Below are positions 37,646-50,739 of a stretch of DNA of 64,000 bases, one piece after another. Origin of the DNA: Eledone cirrhosa. Its lineage: Eukaryota. Made by a program: the position numbers and the translations under genes. The notes beneath the pieces were generated by a model. That model had not been told where the DNA came from. It saw nothing but the letters and a program-made list of their open reading frames with translations, and did not search any database. Position 1 is the first letter of the stretch. Each line of letters begins with the position of its first letter. Location: positions 104,780,001 through 104,844,000 of the forward strand of contig OZ024741.1 in the NCBI GenBank assembly GCA_964016885.1, in the 5' to 3' direction.

Positions 37646-37714
<69 letters not shown>

Positions 37715-37814
37715 ATACTTTGGGAGGGCCATGTTGCCAATAAGAAACACACGCACCAGTTGCTTTCACTTCAATTTATTATAATAAATTTATAAATTTA
37801 GGAATTTATAAATT

Positions 37815-40800
37815 AAATTTCTCATTTTGTCCTTAATTGTAAGTTGTGATGTTGCTGTTCCACTCATATTTTCTATTTAATTTTGGTTGTAATTCTTTTA
37901 TGTTTATTGCATCTGTGATTTGTCTAAACATTGCGTCTTTTCTGTGTGTAGATTCTATTTTTATTTCTATGTTCTCTAATTTACCCTTATGTTCTATTTT
38001 AGCATGTTGGTAGAGTACAGATGATTCTTTACTATCTTGAAGGTCTCGCCAGTGTTCATTTATCCGTTCCCTTACACTCCGAGCTGTCTCGCCTATGTAC
38101 ACTATATTTTTGTCTCTACATTGTCCTTCAGTACATTTTATGCTATACACTACATTTCTAGTTTTACAGTTAATATGGGGGCTTATTTTACAGGTTATAC
38201 ATTTCTTATCTATACAGGGGGCTCTTTGAAAAGGGTATGTCTTGCTAATAAATGTTTTTACGGAGGTACCTGGTCTTTCTACTATCTTAATATTGAGTTT
38301 ATGTTTATCTAGGGCCCTTCTAAATTTGTAAGCTAATTCACCTCTAGGGGTTGTATCGATGAACATTACACCCTTGTATTTATTGCTATCATAACATGAG
38401 TTTATTCTATTAGCCTTATTCCTAGTTCTTTCTATTCTATTCCAAAATTTGCTCCTATACAAGGGGCAGGTCCCATTTGTGTCATTATTTACCATTTTTT
38501 CCCATTTGGTTCTGGCTCCTCTATACACTCTGATTTTATCTCTCTGATTGTAACCAGAGAACTGCATACGGTGGATGAAGTGTTGTATGTGTCTCTCTAG
38601 TTCTTCGGGGTTGCACATGCGGGACACGTTTCTCATCACCCGTACCAAATCCGCAATCAGTATGTTGATTTTGGTATGGTCCGAAACAGCCGATTTTCGG
38701 TGGATCAGATGTTTGGAAGTCATGGGTTTGGCATAATGAGAATGGAGGATTTGTTTTTTGTCATTAATGGTATCTAACCAGAGCTCTGTGTCTAGTACAG
38801 GTAATCGATGGTTGGGGTGTTTACTTGGGTAGTCTATAGTAACTCTAATACTCTGGTGGATGGAGTTAGCTATTTGCTGGATGCTTTCCATTGTGTTTTT
38901 CTCTAGTTCCTGACTGTTCTCTAGTGGGGGTGTCTTAACTACGATGTTTATATCATCAACGTAGCGGGAGTACATTATCAGGGTTAAGGAGTCTTCTAAT
39001 TGTTCTTTAAGTTTAAGTTTAAGTCTACTGTCCCACCATACCATGAATAAGTTAGCTATGTCGCCTACAATGCTAACACCAATGGCTGCTTCTTCCTCTT
39101 GGGCATATGTTTTTCCATTAAATTTGAACATATGTTCCTTAAGGGTTAGTTTTATGCTGGCCCCTACCGCATGTGCAATCATTTTCTTCAGTTCATCGTG
39201 GTTTTCGGGTGTCCGTATGGCTCTGGTCCACCCGTTCCATCTATCTGTATGGGTTTTCTTGGCCATTGAGGTAATGGTAGCTGGTCTGCCTCTTGCTGGT
39301 CTTGTAGGGCACAGGTTGCTAAGGTCATATGTGTCTAGGTAATTATTACTATAGGTAAGTTTAAGTAGGAGTCCCAGCTCACTGGTATCAATCCCACGGA
39401 ACTCAACATTGCTCTCACTGATCATTTCTACGCATTTCTCCACAGTAAAATCCACGTCAATAGATGGATACAGGGACACAACATCCATACTGCCTATTAT
39501 GCAGTTTGTTAGGTCCCTAGATCGGTTACCCTCGCCGATTCTGCTGAGGAGGTCCTCCGTGCTGCCACATACATTTGGGGACATTTCAATGATGGGGCGT
39601 ATGATCAGGGAGAGGAAGTAGGACAGTCTGTAGTTACTAGCAATGTTAGCTCCACAGACTGGCCGTGTTGGTGGTCCCGTGACAGGGTCACTGCCCGTTT
39701 TATGGTCTTTTCGAAGCCCATACAACGCCGGCACGTCATTGTTCCAGGCCTGGAAGTTGTTGGCAGTCCTTTTGTTGGGCTGCATTATATTCGTCCACAT
39801 CACCATATGGGCATTGAGGGCTTTTTCTCTATCCTCATGCTCCTGTGGTGTTACCTCTCTTGTGTTAGTGATGTGGGGTTGCATTGCCTGGATCTAGTTT
39901 GGCAGGCTGTCAACCGACATTCTGCCAGACTTGTCTGTTGGAAAGCATGCTATCTCTCCATTACGCGAGCGCTGCATGAGCTTACGCAAGCCATTTGCAG
40001 ATTTTTCTCCCAGTTGCTGGGCCTCCATTCTATTATGCTTCTTGCTATACTGTTCTATAATATTTCTAAGTTCGGATCTAGCTATACTAAATTGTGCTTC
40101 TGTTTGTTCATCGACCTGCGACGGCAATTGCGTGCGTTTGTTAAATGGTAAAGTCGTGGCGTGGACTCGTCGCAGGTCGAACGACTTATCGGAGGGATTA
40201 TAAAAAGTAGAGTTCCAGGCTGCTGCTTTATGTGTACTAGTGCTATTGTTATTGTTAGTTGTGTTATTTCTATTTCTATTTTCACCAACAGCCTCATGGT
40301 TGTTTCTATGTCTCTCATAATTACTCCTGTCTCTTTCCACTGGCTCATTGTTATTATCTACTCTATTTTGTGTGTCTGTGTGTTCGTCTTGGTTATTTTC
40401 TTTGTCCATAGTCTCCCTTCTTCTTTTAATCCTATTACTTTCCCTTATGTCTGTGATTTCTGTGCTACTGTCATTACTTGTTTTCTGTGTCTGTGTGTTT
40501 GTTAAGATTGTGGTGGTGGTGAGAGGCATTGAATGTGTGTGTGTTGTTGTTGTTGATGTGTGCTGTTGTTGATGTGTGTTGTTGTTGTTGTCTCCGTGCG
40601 TGTTATTATTGTTGTGTGTGTTATTGTTGTTTGTGTCTGCGTGTCTGTTGTTGTTGTTTCTGGGTATGTTATTATTGTAGGTGTGTGTGTTGTTGTTATT
40701 GTTGTTTGTGTCTGTGTGTCTGTTGTTGTTGGGATGTGTGTTGTATATGTGTGTGCATATGTTGTTACTTTTGTTTTTGTTTTTGTTTTTGAGGCTCCAA

Positions 40801-40985
40801 CGTAATTTTGTAAATGATTTTTCTATTTCATATTTACCTTCTTGAATGTCGCAAATTTCGGTGGTAGAAGTAATACAGATAATTCATCAGGGTCTATTGC
40901 CGTGTTGCCGTATATATTTGTGTTGTTGTTGTTGTTGAACTCATCTGTTAATGAGGTGTCGGCCATATTTATACCGTCAATTTTG
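37815..40985 (-). mobile_element. PLE family B copy, 5'-truncated, with one in-frame TAG (39894-39896) and an upstream frameshift
   Basis: LLLPPKFA..EIEKSFTKLRW, PTDKSG, LRKDHK..RPVCG, SMDVVSLYPSID, RYVDD and C-x4-C-x2-C..NVVYSIKC..YIGETARSVRERINEH motifs. Confidence 0.92.
37833..40529 (-). pseudogene. PLE RT plus GIY-YIG polyprotein interrupted by a single nonsense codon
   Basis: ORFs 39894-40529 and 37833-39884 are in the same frame, separated only by TAG (cca aac TAG atc cag gca atg). Confidence 0.9.
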
Positions 40986-41516
40986 TTATACATTTCTTAT
41001 CTATACAGGGGGTCTTTGAAAAGGGTATGTCTTGCTAATAAGTGTTTTTACGGAGGTACCTGGTCTTTCTACTATCTTAATATTGAGTTCATGTTTATCT
41101 AGGGCCCTTCTAAATTTGTAAGCTAATTCACCTCTAGGGGTTGTATCGATGAACATTACACCCTTGTATTTATTGCTATCATAACATGAGTTTATTCTAT
41201 TAGCCTTATTCCTAGTTTTTTCTATTCTATTCCAAAATTTGCTCCTATACAAGGGGCAGGTCCCATTTGTGTCATTATTTACCATTTTTTCCCATTTGGT
41301 TCTGGCTCCTCTATACACTCTGATTTTATCTCTCTGATTGTAACCAGAGAACTGCATACGGTGGATGAAGTGTTGTATGTGTCTCTCTAGTTCTTCGAGG
41401 TTGCACATGCGGGACACGTTTCTCATCACCCGTACAAAATCCGCAATCAGTATGTTGATTTTGGTATGGTCCGAAACAGCCGATTTTCGGTGGATCAGAT
41501 GTTTGGAAGTCATGGG
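40986..41516 (-). mobile_element. Internal PLE family B fragment duplicating 38196-38727
   Basis: Near-identical sequence; ORF 41001-41513. Confidence 0.9.
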
Positions 41517-42537
41517 AAAAAATGGTAATTAATGACACAAATGGGACCTGCCCCTTGTATAGGAGCAAATTTTGGAATAGAATAGAAAGAACTAGGAATA
41601 AGGCTAATAGAATAAACTGATGGTATGATAGCAATAAATACCAGAGTGTAATGTTCATCGATACAAGCCCTAGAGGTGAATTAGCTTACAAATTTAGAAG
41701 GGCCCTAGATAAACATAAACTCAATATTAAGATAGTAGAAAGACCAGGTACCTCCGTAAAAACACTTATTAGCAAGACATACCCTTTTCAAAGACCCCCC
41801 TGTATAGATAAGAAATGTATAACCTGTAAAATAAGCCCCCATATTAACTGTAAAACTAGAAATGTAGTGTATAGCAAAAAATGTACTGAAGGACAATGTA
41901 GAGACAAAAATATAGTGTACATAGGCGAGACAGCTCGTAGTGTAGGGGAACGGATAAATGAACACTGGCGAGACCTTCAAGATAGTAAAGAATCATCTGT
42001 ACTCTACCAACATGCTAAAATAGAACATAAGGGTAAATTAGAGAACATAGAAATAAAAATAGAATCTACACACAGAAAAGACGCAATGTTTAGACAAATC
42101 ACAGAGGCAATAAACATAAAAGAATTACAACCAAAATTAAATAGAAAATATGAGTGAAACAGCAACATCACAACTTACAATTAAGGACAACATGAAAACA
42201 CACACGCACATAGAACAAACAACCAACCGGTACGCATACAATAACTTATCATAATTATTTTAATTTTCCATAGCATCTAAAATAACGGTTTTTTTTCAGC
42301 CCTTTTAACTAAACCTCATTTGCATACTCATCTTAATAATTTGAATATCTTACTTTTCTTCTCTTATCCCTTCACTATCCAAGGATAACTTGAACCGTTA
42401 AGGTATATTCTCCTTGGTTATGTCAAAATTTATAAAACACACTTCGTATTTTATCTGATGATAGCGTACCAAAATCTTGGTACCCTATATAATAGAATAA
42501 ATATGGTTTTATAAATATAGTTTCCATTTATTTAATA
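41512..42537 (+). mobile_element. Inverted PLE family B 3' part with 3'UTR and damaged hammerhead (42448-42498, GAAA deleted)
   Basis: ORF 41651-42157 is the GIY-YIG domain; junction microhomology atggg at 41512-41516; ends near (TA)n. Confidence 0.9.
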
Positions 42538-42641
42538 TCATTGTATATATATATATACATATATATATGTGTGTATGTATGTATGTATGTATGTATGTAT
42601 GTATGTATGTATGTATGTATGTATGTATGTATGTATGTATG

Positions 42642-43416
<775 letters not shown>

Positions 43417-43515
43417 GTATTCAGAAACTCTCGAGGGAGAAGTAGACAGCAGATCTTAAGAGAAAATAAACTCCACCCCACCCCTATTTAAATGTTTTGG
43501 CCCTTAACTTCTTAC

Positions 43516-43705
43516 ATTCTAAAGGAGTCGAGTTGCATCCAGGTCATGACTCCTTGGTGCCCTTCTGCTGACATCTTTTAACCACTCGAATATCGGAGGT
43601 TTATTGTGCATTTAAACCGTATGGGGATTCTGTTACTCCTCGACAAGATTCTGCTGGAACCTCTCTCTGCTGCCTCTGCTTTCAAACTTATAGTTAGACG
43701 GTTTC
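43516..43705 (-). other. Candidate host exon containing a possible start codon (MSAEGHQGVMTWMQLDSFR..)
   Basis: Non-repetitive, higher-GC island with acceptor ttatttttctaacacAG and donor GTAAG on minus; ATG at 43574. No recognisable homology. Confidence 0.25.
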
Positions 43706-45016
43706 CTGTGTTAGAAAAATAACGCTGTTAATCATGGTAGTGGTGAAACGATGGTTTATGTAAATAATATGTGGATGATAATAACAGGCTTGACTGACGA
43801 GTTGTCAAGTACACGCAGATTTCAGGGATATTAAACTTCACTTTATTGAAAGAAATAGGAAACAAAGATACTTAATTTAGCGACATCTTTAATCATGAAA
43901 TTGAACTTGCTTCCTTTGTGTCCTAAAATCCAATACCTTGTCAATTATAAAGGCAACGCGTGATATATGTGAAATTAAATCCAGGTAAGTTCATTTAAGC
44001 TTGCTTGAAACAGCTGAAATCAACCTATGAGAAACTTGCGTAAGGATTCTTATGATTAATAGAAAACCTCCACCTTTTAATTTCGTTGTCATACGATCAA
44101 CACATGTTGAGATCCATGTCCACAGCAACTAGCTCTTTCTCCTGCTTTTTCTCCTCCTATTCCTCTTCCTACACCATCGTCATCACCATCCTCCATCGTA
44201 CCAATCCCCATTCACTCTTCTTCTTCTTCTTCTTCTTCTTCTTCTTCTTCTTCTTCTTCTTCTTCTTCTTCTTCTTCTTCTTCTTCTTCTTCTTCTTCTT
44301 CTTCTTCTTCTTCTTCTTCTTCTTCTTCTTCTTCTTCTTCTTCTTCTTCACGAAGAAGCGGAGGAAGTTGATGATGATGAGAAGGAGGAGCGAGAGAGGG
44401 AGGGAGATTTTATAACGGTAGAATGTAATTCGAGACGATATCGTTGCTGTTTCTAGCAAGTCGAGTGACGCCTTAGAGATCAGATGGATTGTATCTGTAA
44501 TTAACACACTGTACGAAGCTGAATCTTCCTGAGAAGTATGTTAAGAGTTCACGTATCTGTGGAAAATTCAGCCACATAAATGTTAGTTTAACGAGTATGA
44601 CATTCAGTTCATTGTCGAAACCGAAAAAGCTCCGATCGAAGCATTAAAAATATTATCTTTTCATTTCACTTCCAGCATTATCTTTTATTTGCTTATTCAT
44701 TTATTTCTTTATTTTTTCATTTCTTTATTATATCTCGTATTACACGTTAATTATATTTTGCTTGTTTTTCCACCATTAGTCATCCACTTGATGTCTGGTA
44801 TGTTTTACATATACTGTTATAATTAAAACCTACCAAACCTAACAACTGACCATCATTCTCGCTTCTTCTTGTCTACCGAGATAGAATTTACCAAATATCA
44901 GGTTCTAAATGATCGAAATAATATAATAGATCACATTAAGAACGGGAGCGGTTGTGGGGACACTGGTGAGATATAAGCTAGCGATGTTGACACAAAAGGA
45001 AATATAATAGATGGAC

Positions 45017-45172
<156 letters not shown>

Positions 45173-45175
45173 ATT

Positions 45176-45206
<31 letters not shown>

Positions 45207-45223
45207 ATATATATGTATATACA

Positions 45224-46195
45224 CTAGCTGAGTAGCCCGTCGTTGCCGGGCAATAATCACAATATTTATTTCAATTTTTTTTATTCCCTTTCAGACCGTG
45301 TCTCCCCTGAAGGATAATCACATTGAGGAAGACAGATTTCTTTATTAATTGGGTCAATTTATAATGTTTGTATAAACAATGTTGTTGTTCTATCTGGTGC
45401 ATAGATGTAAAGATTCTTTTGACTTCCTACTCTTGAATATCCAACGTAAAGTTGACCATGGATGAAGCAGGACTCTTCAACGTGTAAAAGGGCAACTGAA
45501 AATGTTAGTCCTTGTGGTTTGTTGATGGTCATGGCAAAACTAAGACTCACTGGAAATTGAGGTGATTTGAATTGAAATGGGACATCAGTGGAGATAAGAG
45601 GAATTCTTGGAATGAACACATTCTGTTGAAATGGTGGCTTGAATCACGGTTGGATACATATTTTTCACAACCTATCGAGTACTACTGCATAGCTTTGGTG
45701 GATCCAAATTCCTCAATAATATGATGGGTGCTCCTTCTTTTAGGGGAAGGACATGTGGAAGCATTCCAGGTGGTTCTAAAGCGTTGAGGAACTCTGTCGG
45801 GTAATTGACAGCTTCTGACTGTTCAACCAGTGTCGACAGATCGATAGAGATTCGAAACTTTTGGAATTCTTTTTAACAGCTCTTGATTTACCAATTTCAC
45901 AGTCACATTTTTTGGAGCAAAAAATAACCCCTTTCCCTGAGCCACTTGTGACTTGCGAACTGATATTGAAGATGAGGGAACACTTTTTCTATGAGATGGA
46001 ATAATGATTCCTCGATTGTGCCTATGGGACTTATATTAATAGCTCCCTTGCTAGCTACAGTCGCCAAGCATTAATAGATTCTGGGCAAACTGCTCTGATT
46101 GTTTGTCTCCATGAAGATATGCTCTCACGTTTGTAGCGAGCTTCAAAACTCTGATAGAAGTCCAAAGTGTCGATTTTTTCAAACAGGCTCAGATT
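45224..46195 (-). mobile_element. Helitron remnant: PIF1-type helicase C-terminus and 3' terminus
   Basis: FIPRIPL..QFPVSLSFAMTINK.QG.T..HGQLYV..SRV and upstream NYPTEFLNALEPPGMLPH; 3' hairpin gcccggcaacgacgggc followed by CTAG at 45224-45227. Confidence 0.9.
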
Positions 46196-46235
46196 TGATA
46201 ATTTGAATGACTGGGAGAGTTTGTATAAAATCTCT

Positions 46236-46303
<68 letters not shown>

Positions 46304-46520
46304 ATACTACCACCAGCACCAATATCACCATTACTACTACCACCATCACCACCACCACCACCGCTACCACCACTACTACCACTACCACCACCACGACCAC
46401 CACTAGATTACGAACATGAAAACCGTTTTTCTCTAGGATGCACCGTTTCGCAGCCTTTTGAAGACTTACACAGATACACACATACACTCTCGTTTAGAGT
46501 ATATATATATATATATATAT

Positions 46521-47250
46521 TTAGTGGTAGAACACTGGAAGGTAATATCCGTAGTGGTAGAGCACTCAGTTCATGGGACGAGTTAGGTAGAAGTGGTTAC
46601 ACAACAGTTAGTTCATCATACCGAGAACAATTGTTTCACCTTAGCGGATCCTCAGCTCGTAATGGGCATGGTTATACGGAACAGGAAGGACAACCGTACG
46701 AACCCGCATGCGTAGAAACCCGTCACTTCACACATGCAATACTAAAATGCGTGCGAGAGGTGTAAGGGAAATAACTGCGAAAGTCCGAAAAGTTTTTAGT
46801 TGATAAGAAAAAATATTGATGTTGTTACAATAATTCATTCAATCCGGAGCTTTGTAGTTATGCAATAGGTGTTTCGATACGTGTGGACAACGTGTGAAAA
46901 ATTCATTTCTCGTGTTTAGGCAATCACTATTGCATAATCTCTTTAGAATATTTATTCGTTCGTCAATACACAGTCCACACTCCGGATTTCCCCTTGCGTA
47001 TGGCTTGGACTTAGTGATGGCTTTCCATTGAATGGAGTAGTCTATACTTGAGGAACCATACGTGGTCGACTGATGGTTCAGGAAACGTTCCTTAAATCGG
47101 CCCTCCGCCATTCCCACATAGGATTTGACCTCCTGTGGTTGGTTTGGTCGGTTGGAAGTGACCACAGCTTCATAAATTACAGCTGGTGTGTTGCATTGCT
47201 GTTGAAGGGGGCAAGCTTCGGGCTTACGGCAAGAGCAACCTGGTAGGGTG
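46521..47250 (-). mobile_element. PLE (family C-like clade) 3' fragment: GIY-YIG plus 3'UTR
   Basis: CSCRKPEACPLQQQC..VIYEAVV..SYVGMAEGRFKERFLNH..CGLCIDER..LNTRNE..CPH; ends in (TA)n. Confidence 0.85.
46622..46659 (-). ncRNA. Minimal hammerhead ribozyme in PLE 3'UTR
   Basis: Minus strand: cgag-CTGAGGA-tccgctaaggt-GAA-acaattgt (palindrome)-T-ctcg, about 180 nt downstream of the ORF stop. Confidence 0.75.
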
Positions 47251-47379
47251 TTACTCCTAGGGCTCCTATAATAAGGCTACCTTTGATAGGGCGGCATCCT
47301 ACTATAACACGGCCGAGTATGGGATAGGTTGTGAGAAGCCAGAAAGAACAGAGGACACCACACCCGAGGCACTAACACT

Positions 47380-48172
47380 TGCTTCCTGAAGCACCCACAC
47401 TTCAGTCACGAAACAACAACAGCCATCCGCAGAGCTATCAGACGAGAGGGACTAGATATCCAACTAGCCCACTCAGGACCTTCTCTACGCGGACAGCTAA
47501 CCAAAAGACACTCCACCAGACATGACAGCCGCTGCAGGCTAGCCAACTGCCCCATCAACGACACAGACCTATGCCACCAGGCTTACGTCGTATACAGACT
47601 AGAGTGCGACAAATGCAGCAACATCTACGTAGGTAGCACCACCAGACCACTTCACATAAGAATAAAAGAAGACCTCAATACTAACGCTTCCTCATTTAAG
47701 AAACACATAGTGAAATGCAAAAACACCGACAAAACCATAACAGTTAGGATAGAAACTAAGGAAAGAAACCTCAGCAATATTAGAATTAAGGAAGCACTAA
47801 TTATAGACAAAACACAACCACCAATCAATACTAGACTAAAAAACCCTTTTAAAGGGAGACTACTCTTTATCAACCTAACCTTAACTATTTGACATTAGAG
47901 ATAGAACAGATATTCTATACCATTTCCTGTCAGCATGACTTGGCAAGCTATTTAGAACACTGGTTTAACCGCTTTACTTCGCTCCGAAGAAGAGATATTA
48001 TCTCGAAAATTAAGGACATTTAAATAAATTTAAAGTAAAAGACTAATTGTCAACAATATCTTTTGCATTTGCATTTATATTCTATGTCCATACCTGCACT
48101 GTTTTGGCTTTACAAATACAAACGTTTATACCTCATTACACAATGCTTCAAGTGAACTATAACATCCTCCTA
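47380..48172 (+). mobile_element. PLE family A-related 3' fragment (diverged subfamily)
   Basis: AIRRAIRREGLDIQLAHSGPSLR..CRLANCPI..YVVYRLECDKCSNIYVGSTTRPLHIRIKE..IKEAL; tail ends caatgcttcaagtgaactataacatcctcc-(TA)n, homologous to 37618-37648. Confidence 0.88.
47979..48016 (+). ncRNA. Hammerhead-like motif with CCGAAGA core
   Basis: CCGAAGA-a-gagat(att)atctc-GAA-aatt-A-agga, at the position equivalent to the family A motif. Confidence 0.55.
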
Positions 48173-48184
48173 TATATATATGTA

Positions 48185-48231
<47 letters not shown>

Positions 48232-48272
48232 ATGTTATTAATAAATGGAAACTATATTTATAAAACCATATT

Positions 48273-48333
48273 TATTCTATTATATATATTTCAAGGGTAC
48301 CAAAACTTTGGTACGCACTCATCAGATAAAATA
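48273..48333 (-). ncRNA. Minimal hammerhead ribozyme in PLE family B 3' tail (48236-48535)
   Basis: Minus strand: tattttat-CTGATGA-[gtaccaa/ttggtac stem II]-GAA-atatatat-A-atagaata. Confidence 0.85.
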
Positions 48334-48540
48334 CAAAGTTTGTTTTATAAATAGTGACATACCCAGGAATCAAACCTTAATGGTTTAAGTTCCGTTTGGA
48401 TAGTGCAAGGAAAGAGGGAAAAGGGGAAGAAAGGAAAAAACAAATATTTCAAATTATTTTGATGAATATGCAAATGAGTTGAAGCGTAGGGCTGAAAGAA
48501 TTTTTATTTTTAGACGCTAGGTAGATTTAAATAATTATTA

Positions 48541-48603
<63 letters not shown>

Positions 48604-49608
48604 GGGGGGGGGAAGAAGAAAGAGAAGCTTCTATTAATATTATTACAGTGTACGTGAATTTAAAAATTGAAACGTTAAAAATTAAAAGTTTGTTGAAGTG
48701 CTGGAATATCAATCTAGAATTTTAAAAATATTTAACTAAATCATGAGTTATAATATTATATATATAATCATTATAATTAGATTATATGAAGAATTATGGT
48801 TGTAAGTACATTTTATCTTATTATATTACAACAGGTTGTAAGTCTATAGATATCTATATAGATTAATAAATATATAAATATAAATATTATTGGTGATTAT
48901 ATGCTGTTATTTTTTATACATATATAACACATGTATTAATTTGTTTACATTTCTAATATAAGTTACGAAGGATGTTGAGTTTACATTTTAAATAGATAGT
49001 TAAGAAAAAGACGTAGTTCAAATTTTAAGAGAAGAACATTTTGTACATTCAAATAGTTTCATCAAAAATTGAAAATATTTACAGAAAATTATTAAGTTAG
49101 AGAAATTACATAGAATTTAACATACAAGTTACTATTGCCCAATTGTAAAGGAAAAGATGACTCCAATATTATTTTTTAAACTATTAATGTTAGATTTGAT
49201 GAATAATTTTCTTAGAAAATGCGGAAAGTATGTAGAGAAAATTATATATTATTTTGTGTGAGATTATAAGGTATTTTATATTACATGTTTTCAAGGATTA
49301 GAATTTCAATTATATATGTATTTAGATACTTCTACGTCGATAGATGTGTGAAAAGTTTGAAAATTAACAGAAGAAAAAAAATATTATTAGATAAGTCAAG
49401 AGTGCATTTAGAAAAACTATCGTAAAGAGGATATCATTCAAAATATCAATTAAAAAATATCGATCTAAAAAAAGTACATTAAGAAGAGAATCATTTGGAA
49501 AAGAATATCATTGGTAAAAATATTAATTTAAGAAGAAAAAGATCATTTAAAAAAACATCACTAAACAACAGAAGCATTGTAAAGACATGTAGTCAAGTAT
49601 AATGAATA

Positions 49609-50700
49609 TTATATATTAAAAATACTTCGGAAAGTGGTTCTTTGGCCATGTCTACAAGAACTGAACAATTCACTTTTTAAATTAATAGAATTTTGACAGT
49701 TCAGTATATAAAAAAATTCCTCGTTATACAAATGACAGATTCTTGAGAGAGCCATATTTCGGTATGCGGGTGCTTTCGAAATCGTTCCCCAAGATATTGA
49801 ATAGTCTATATTATTATCCTTTAAATACCAAATTAGATGTGAAAGTGATGTGGAAGATTTTTTTATCGGACCTATTAAATATATGTTTGTGATTATACCA
49901 GCGTTCTTTGAATTTTGTAGAGGTGGCACCTATATAGTTAAATATTTTGTCTTTAGTTTTTACTGTGCAGTTATATATTAAGTTTTTATCTAAGCATTTG
50001 TTTTGTAAAGGGCAGTTTGATTCAATTCTACAGTTACATTTTCGGGAGTTGTTGTTATTAGAAACGGTACTATTATTATTAGTATGAATATTGTTATTAG
50101 AAATATTATTATTGTTATCTTGGTTTGTTTGGTTAGAGTTTAAATTTAGAGTTTCTATGATTAATTCTATTTATATTTTGTGCTATGTTCATAGTAGTAG
50201 AGTAAGATAGTTTGATAGCGTGTCTGTTAAAAATAGAGTGGTATCTGTGGGCTTTAGGAAAACACTTACCCAGTGCTTTGAAAAATAATTTTGCTACAGG
50301 TGTTTTAACACCTAATGAGAATGGGGGAGAGTACCAAATAATATTTCTAGTTGTAGTTTTTTTTTGTTTGGCTTACTATTTAAGTTGAATTGCTTATTAT
50401 TATTATTATAGTGAATTTTAGGATGATTTAGCATGTTATTGTTATCTAAGTATTTAATTTTATTCAAGTATCCAGCTCTATGTAAAGCCTCGTTGTAATA
50501 TTCTGCCTTATTATCAAAAATATTTTTATTAGCAGAGATGCGTGAAATTCGTTGATGGACACTATTGACAATAGTATTTTTTTATATTTCTAGGATGATT
50601 AGAGTTGAAGCTTACGTAATTTAGATTTTCATTAATTTTATGGAAAGGATAATAAAGACCTGAGCTAAGGTTTAAAGTTACATCTAAGAAGTTAACGATT
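49609..50700 (-). pseudogene. PLE family C remnant (RT thumb to GIY-YIG end)
   Basis: Reverse-complement homologue of 25013-25678; SLSHLIWYLKD..ISW..IC.L..E..IN.KSELFSSCRH. Confidence 0.85.
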
Positions 50701-50739
50701 TATTTTATATAACGATATATATATATATATATATATATA

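Larger units (their letters stand above)
35264..37648 (+). mobile_element. 5'-truncated PLE family A copy (right arm), inverted relative to the left arm
   Basis: Near-identical reverse complement of 31675-34015; joined at 3-nt microhomology agg (35264-35266); 3' end in (TA)n. Confidence 0.95.

Noticed and set aside
40883-40892. CTGATGA on the minus strand
   Set aside because: Lies within PLE coding sequence (D-P-D-E), with no stem II/GAAA arrangement.
41608-41630. In-frame TGA in the PLE-B plus arm as possible selenocysteine (known in some Naiad PLEs)
   Set aside because: The two sister copies have TCA (Ser) at this codon, not Cys, so it is a point mutation. The other internal stop at 39894 is TAG. 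No SECIS was recognised.
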